Positions 61,913 through 64,000 of a DNA stretch of 64,000 nt are shown here, piece after piece. Position numbers and translations under genes: made by a program. Origin of the DNA: Dehalococcoidia bacterium (GTDB lineage: Bacteria > Chloroflexota > Dehalococcoidia > Lucifugimonadales > QGNO01). The notes below the pieces were generated by a model that had not been told where the DNA came from, did no database searches, and saw nothing but the letters and a program-made list of their open reading frames with translations. Every line of letters begins with the position of its first letter. Within the stretch, counting starts at the first letter, position 1. The stretch spans positions 532,695 to 596,694 of the forward strand of contig OZ253484.1 in assembly GCA_965261825.1 (NCBI GenBank). The letters run 5' to 3'.

Positions 61913-63247
61913 GTGGCGGAGTCCTCTTCAGATTTACCGGCTGAAGTAGAAGCAAGACCTGTTGGCCGTGTCCGCGGCTCTGTGCTCGCTTTCGAAGTAG
62001 CCAACTTTCGCATCTTATGGGCCGGCCGCGCCAGCTCCAACATGGCCCGGCAGATGCGTGTTTTCCTCCGTGCCTGGATGGTCTGGGAGATAACGGATTC
62101 TCCCTTCCTGTTGGGCTTTGTTACCTCCTCTCTGGCATGGCCAATGCTCTTCATGCCGTTTCTCGGCGGCTTCCTGGCGGACAAGATCGACCGCCGTCTG
62201 CTGGCTAAAGTCACGGAATCGCTCCTTGTGGTGCTCTGGGCCGCCGTTGCTGTTTTGATAATTTTGGATCTGATCCATTGGTGGCACTTCCTGGTTTCAT
62301 CCGTGCTTAGCGGCGTGATCCAGTCGATTGGACGGCCGAGTCATCAGGCGCTTCTGGGCAGCATTGTGGACAAACGGCGGCTCTCCAACGCCGCGGCATG
62401 GGACAATGTGGCCGACACCTGGCCTAGGGTAGCCGGCCCGGCGGTGGGCGCTATATTGATAGGCGTTATAGGCGCGGGATGGGAGGGGATTCTCTTCGCG
62501 TCAACGGCGGCAATGCAACTGTTCACTGCGGTAACGGTGTTTCTGCTGGACTGGGACCCTCAGGAGCAGCGCGCCAAGCAGCGAGGATCCGGTGAAAGAG
62601 GTTCCTTTGCGGAGGGCTTCAAGTACGTCTGGAACGAGAGGGTGCTCTTTGGCCTGATCAGCATAGGCGTGACCTTCTCCGTGATTGGAGGCGCCGCCGG
62701 GTTCATGCTGCCCATTTTTGCCGATGCAATGCTGGGAGAGGGCGCTTCCGGGTTGGGGTATCTAATGACCGTTTCCACGCTGGGCGGCGCCGTTGGCGCG
62801 CTGACCGTTGTGGCTCTTTCCAATTTTGGGCGCAGGGGTTACCTGTTGCTGGGCGTGGCTGTGCTCAATGCGGGTCTGCTCATAGCTTTTTCCAAGTCGG
62901 ACGTATTCATACTAACCATGGTACTGGTCTTTGGCATGGGACTGGCGCAGGTGATGTTCCGCGCCATGCGCATAGTGGCCATGCAGGTGCTAGCCCCCGA
63001 CGACCTGCGCGGCCGGGTGATGAGTTTCCAGACCAGCATTCAAGGGATGAGCTGGATAGGCGTTCTTCTATTGGGCGGCGTTGCGGAGGTGTTGAAGCGC
63101 CCCGGAGGGCTGGACCTTGGTTTCGTGCAGCTGGGCGGTAGCATAGCCAGTGGAGTAGCCGATACCGTGCTGATAAGCGGTATAGCCTACGGAGTGGTTA
63201 CTCTGATCTTCTTTGCCGTCTTCTCTTCGTTGAGAAGCTTTAGATAG
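61913..63247 (+). CDS. MFS transporter (MFS_3/DUF894-like)
   Basis: NFRILW, GGFLADKIDRR, PSHQA, APDDLRGRVMS. Confidence 0.88.
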   Translation: MAESSSDLPAEVEARPVGRVRGSVLAFEVANFRILWAGRASSNMARQMRVFLRAWMVWEITDSPFLLGFVTSSLAWPMLFMPFLGGFLADKIDRRLLAKVTESLLVVLWAAVAVLIILDLIHWWHFLVSSVLSGVIQSIGRPSHQALLGSIVDKRRLSNAAAWDNVADTWPRVAGPAVGAILIGVIGAGWEGILFASTAAMQLFTAVTVFLLDWDPQEQRAKQRGSGERGSFAEGFKYVWNERVLFGLISIGVTFSVIGGAAGFMLPIFADAMLGEGASGLGYLMTVSTLGGAVGALTVVALSNFGRRGYLLLGVAVLNAGLLIAFSKSDVFILTMVLVFGMGLAQVMFRAMRIVAMQVLAPDDLRGRVMSFQTSIQGMSWIGVLLLGGVAEVLKRPGGLDLGFVQLGGSIASGVADTVLISGIAYGVVTLIFFAVFSSLRSFR

Positions 63248-63292
63248 CCCTCTGCCCTTGCTTTGCTTGTAAGCTTTTCCTACCATTCCACA

Positions 63293-64000
63293 ATGAACGC
63301 CAAATTCGAGCTTCATACGGTTGACGGCGCCGCTCGCGCCGGAGTTTTGCGTACGCCGCACGGCCCCGTGCCGACCCCGGTGTTCATGCCGGTGGCCACT
63401 CAAGGCTCGGTTAAAACGGTGACCCCCCAGGAGCTGCGTTGCCTGGGTGCCGCTTTACTCTTGGGCAATACCTACCACCTGTATCTTCATGGCATTGAAA
63501 CCGTGCGCGACCTGGGAGGGTTGAGCCAGTTCATGGGCTGGAACGGCCCTACGCTCACGGATAGCGGCGGGTTCCAAGCTTACAGCATAAGCGGCCGCGC
63601 CAAGGTCACCGACGACGGAATTGAGTTCCGATCACATATTGACGGCTCACGTCACCTGTTCACCCCCAGGCAGGTCATCGACTATCAAGAATGCCTGGGG
63701 GCGGACATAATCATGAGCTTGGACCAGTGTTTGGCCTATACCAATGACAAGGATGCGGTGCAGGATGCCATGGAGCGTACCCACCGCTGGGCGGAGATAT
63801 GCCGTGAGGCGCATTCCAGGGATGACCAGGCGCTCTTTGGAATTGTGCAGGGGGGGATGTTCGAGGATCTGAGAGAGGAGTCGGCCTCTTACCTCAAAGG
63901 ACTGGATTTTTCGGGATATGCCATCGGCGGCCTGAGCGTGGGTGAGCCCAAGTCGATCATGTACCCGCTCGTGGAGCATACTGCCGGGCTGCTGCCGGAG
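63293..64000 (+). CDS. tgt: tRNA-guanine transglycosylase, 5' part (runs off the window; not in ORF track)
   Basis: ARAGVLRTPHGPVPTPVFMPVATQGSVK, GNTYHL, TDSGGFQ, FGIVQGG, YAIGGLSVGE. Confidence 0.95.
   Translation, partial: MNAKFELHTVDGAARAGVLRTPHGPVPTPVFMPVATQGSVKTVTPQELRCLGAALLLGNTYHLYLHGIETVRDLGGLSQFMGWNGPTLTDSGGFQAYSISGRAKVTDDGIEFRSHIDGSRHLFTPRQVIDYQECLGADIIMSLDQCLAYTNDKDAVQDAMERTHRWAEICREAHSRDDQALFGIVQGGMFEDLREESASYLKGLDFSGYAIGGLSVGEPKSIMYPLVEHTAGLLPE

Overview
64-kb bacterial window, mostly housekeeping genes. Gene repertoire and order suggest Chloroflexota (Dehalococcoidia/SAR202-like); this is an inference, not a search result. In order: 3' end of pyrF; Zn/Mn ABC ATPase and permease with a Fur/Zur-type palindrome; moaD-moaE; a three-gene sugar catabolic operon; a complete H+-type F1Fo ATP synthase operon followed by a convergent rex; a MrfA-type DUF1998 helicase; a small accessory island with a beta-class DNA methyltransferase-HNH fusion; Mut7-C/acuC; hspR-grpE-dnaK; mgtE; ccmABCD; holB; lon; uppP; cmk-plsC-glmS; iscS; a Leu T-box-controlled ilvBNC-leuA-leuCD operon interrupted by a vapBC-type module; an ADP-forming acyl-CoA synthetase pair; an MFS transporter; 5' part of tgt. 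Most notable: (i) two extra ORFs inside the atp operon, a 32-aa microprotein resembling helix 1 of subunit c and a 75-aa Sm/Hfq-like protein; (ii) apparently three-layer control of the leu genes (T-box, a coupled uORF with a switchable RNA structure before leuA, and a toxin-antitoxin pair with its own promoter before leuCD); (iii) the MTase-HNH fusion island with a compositionally distinct TRD, flanking direct repeats and an upstream structured RNA; (iv) several unannotated structured intergenic RNA candidates. No CRISPR array, rRNA, tRNA, integrase or transposase was seen. All protein calls are by motif recognition by eye.
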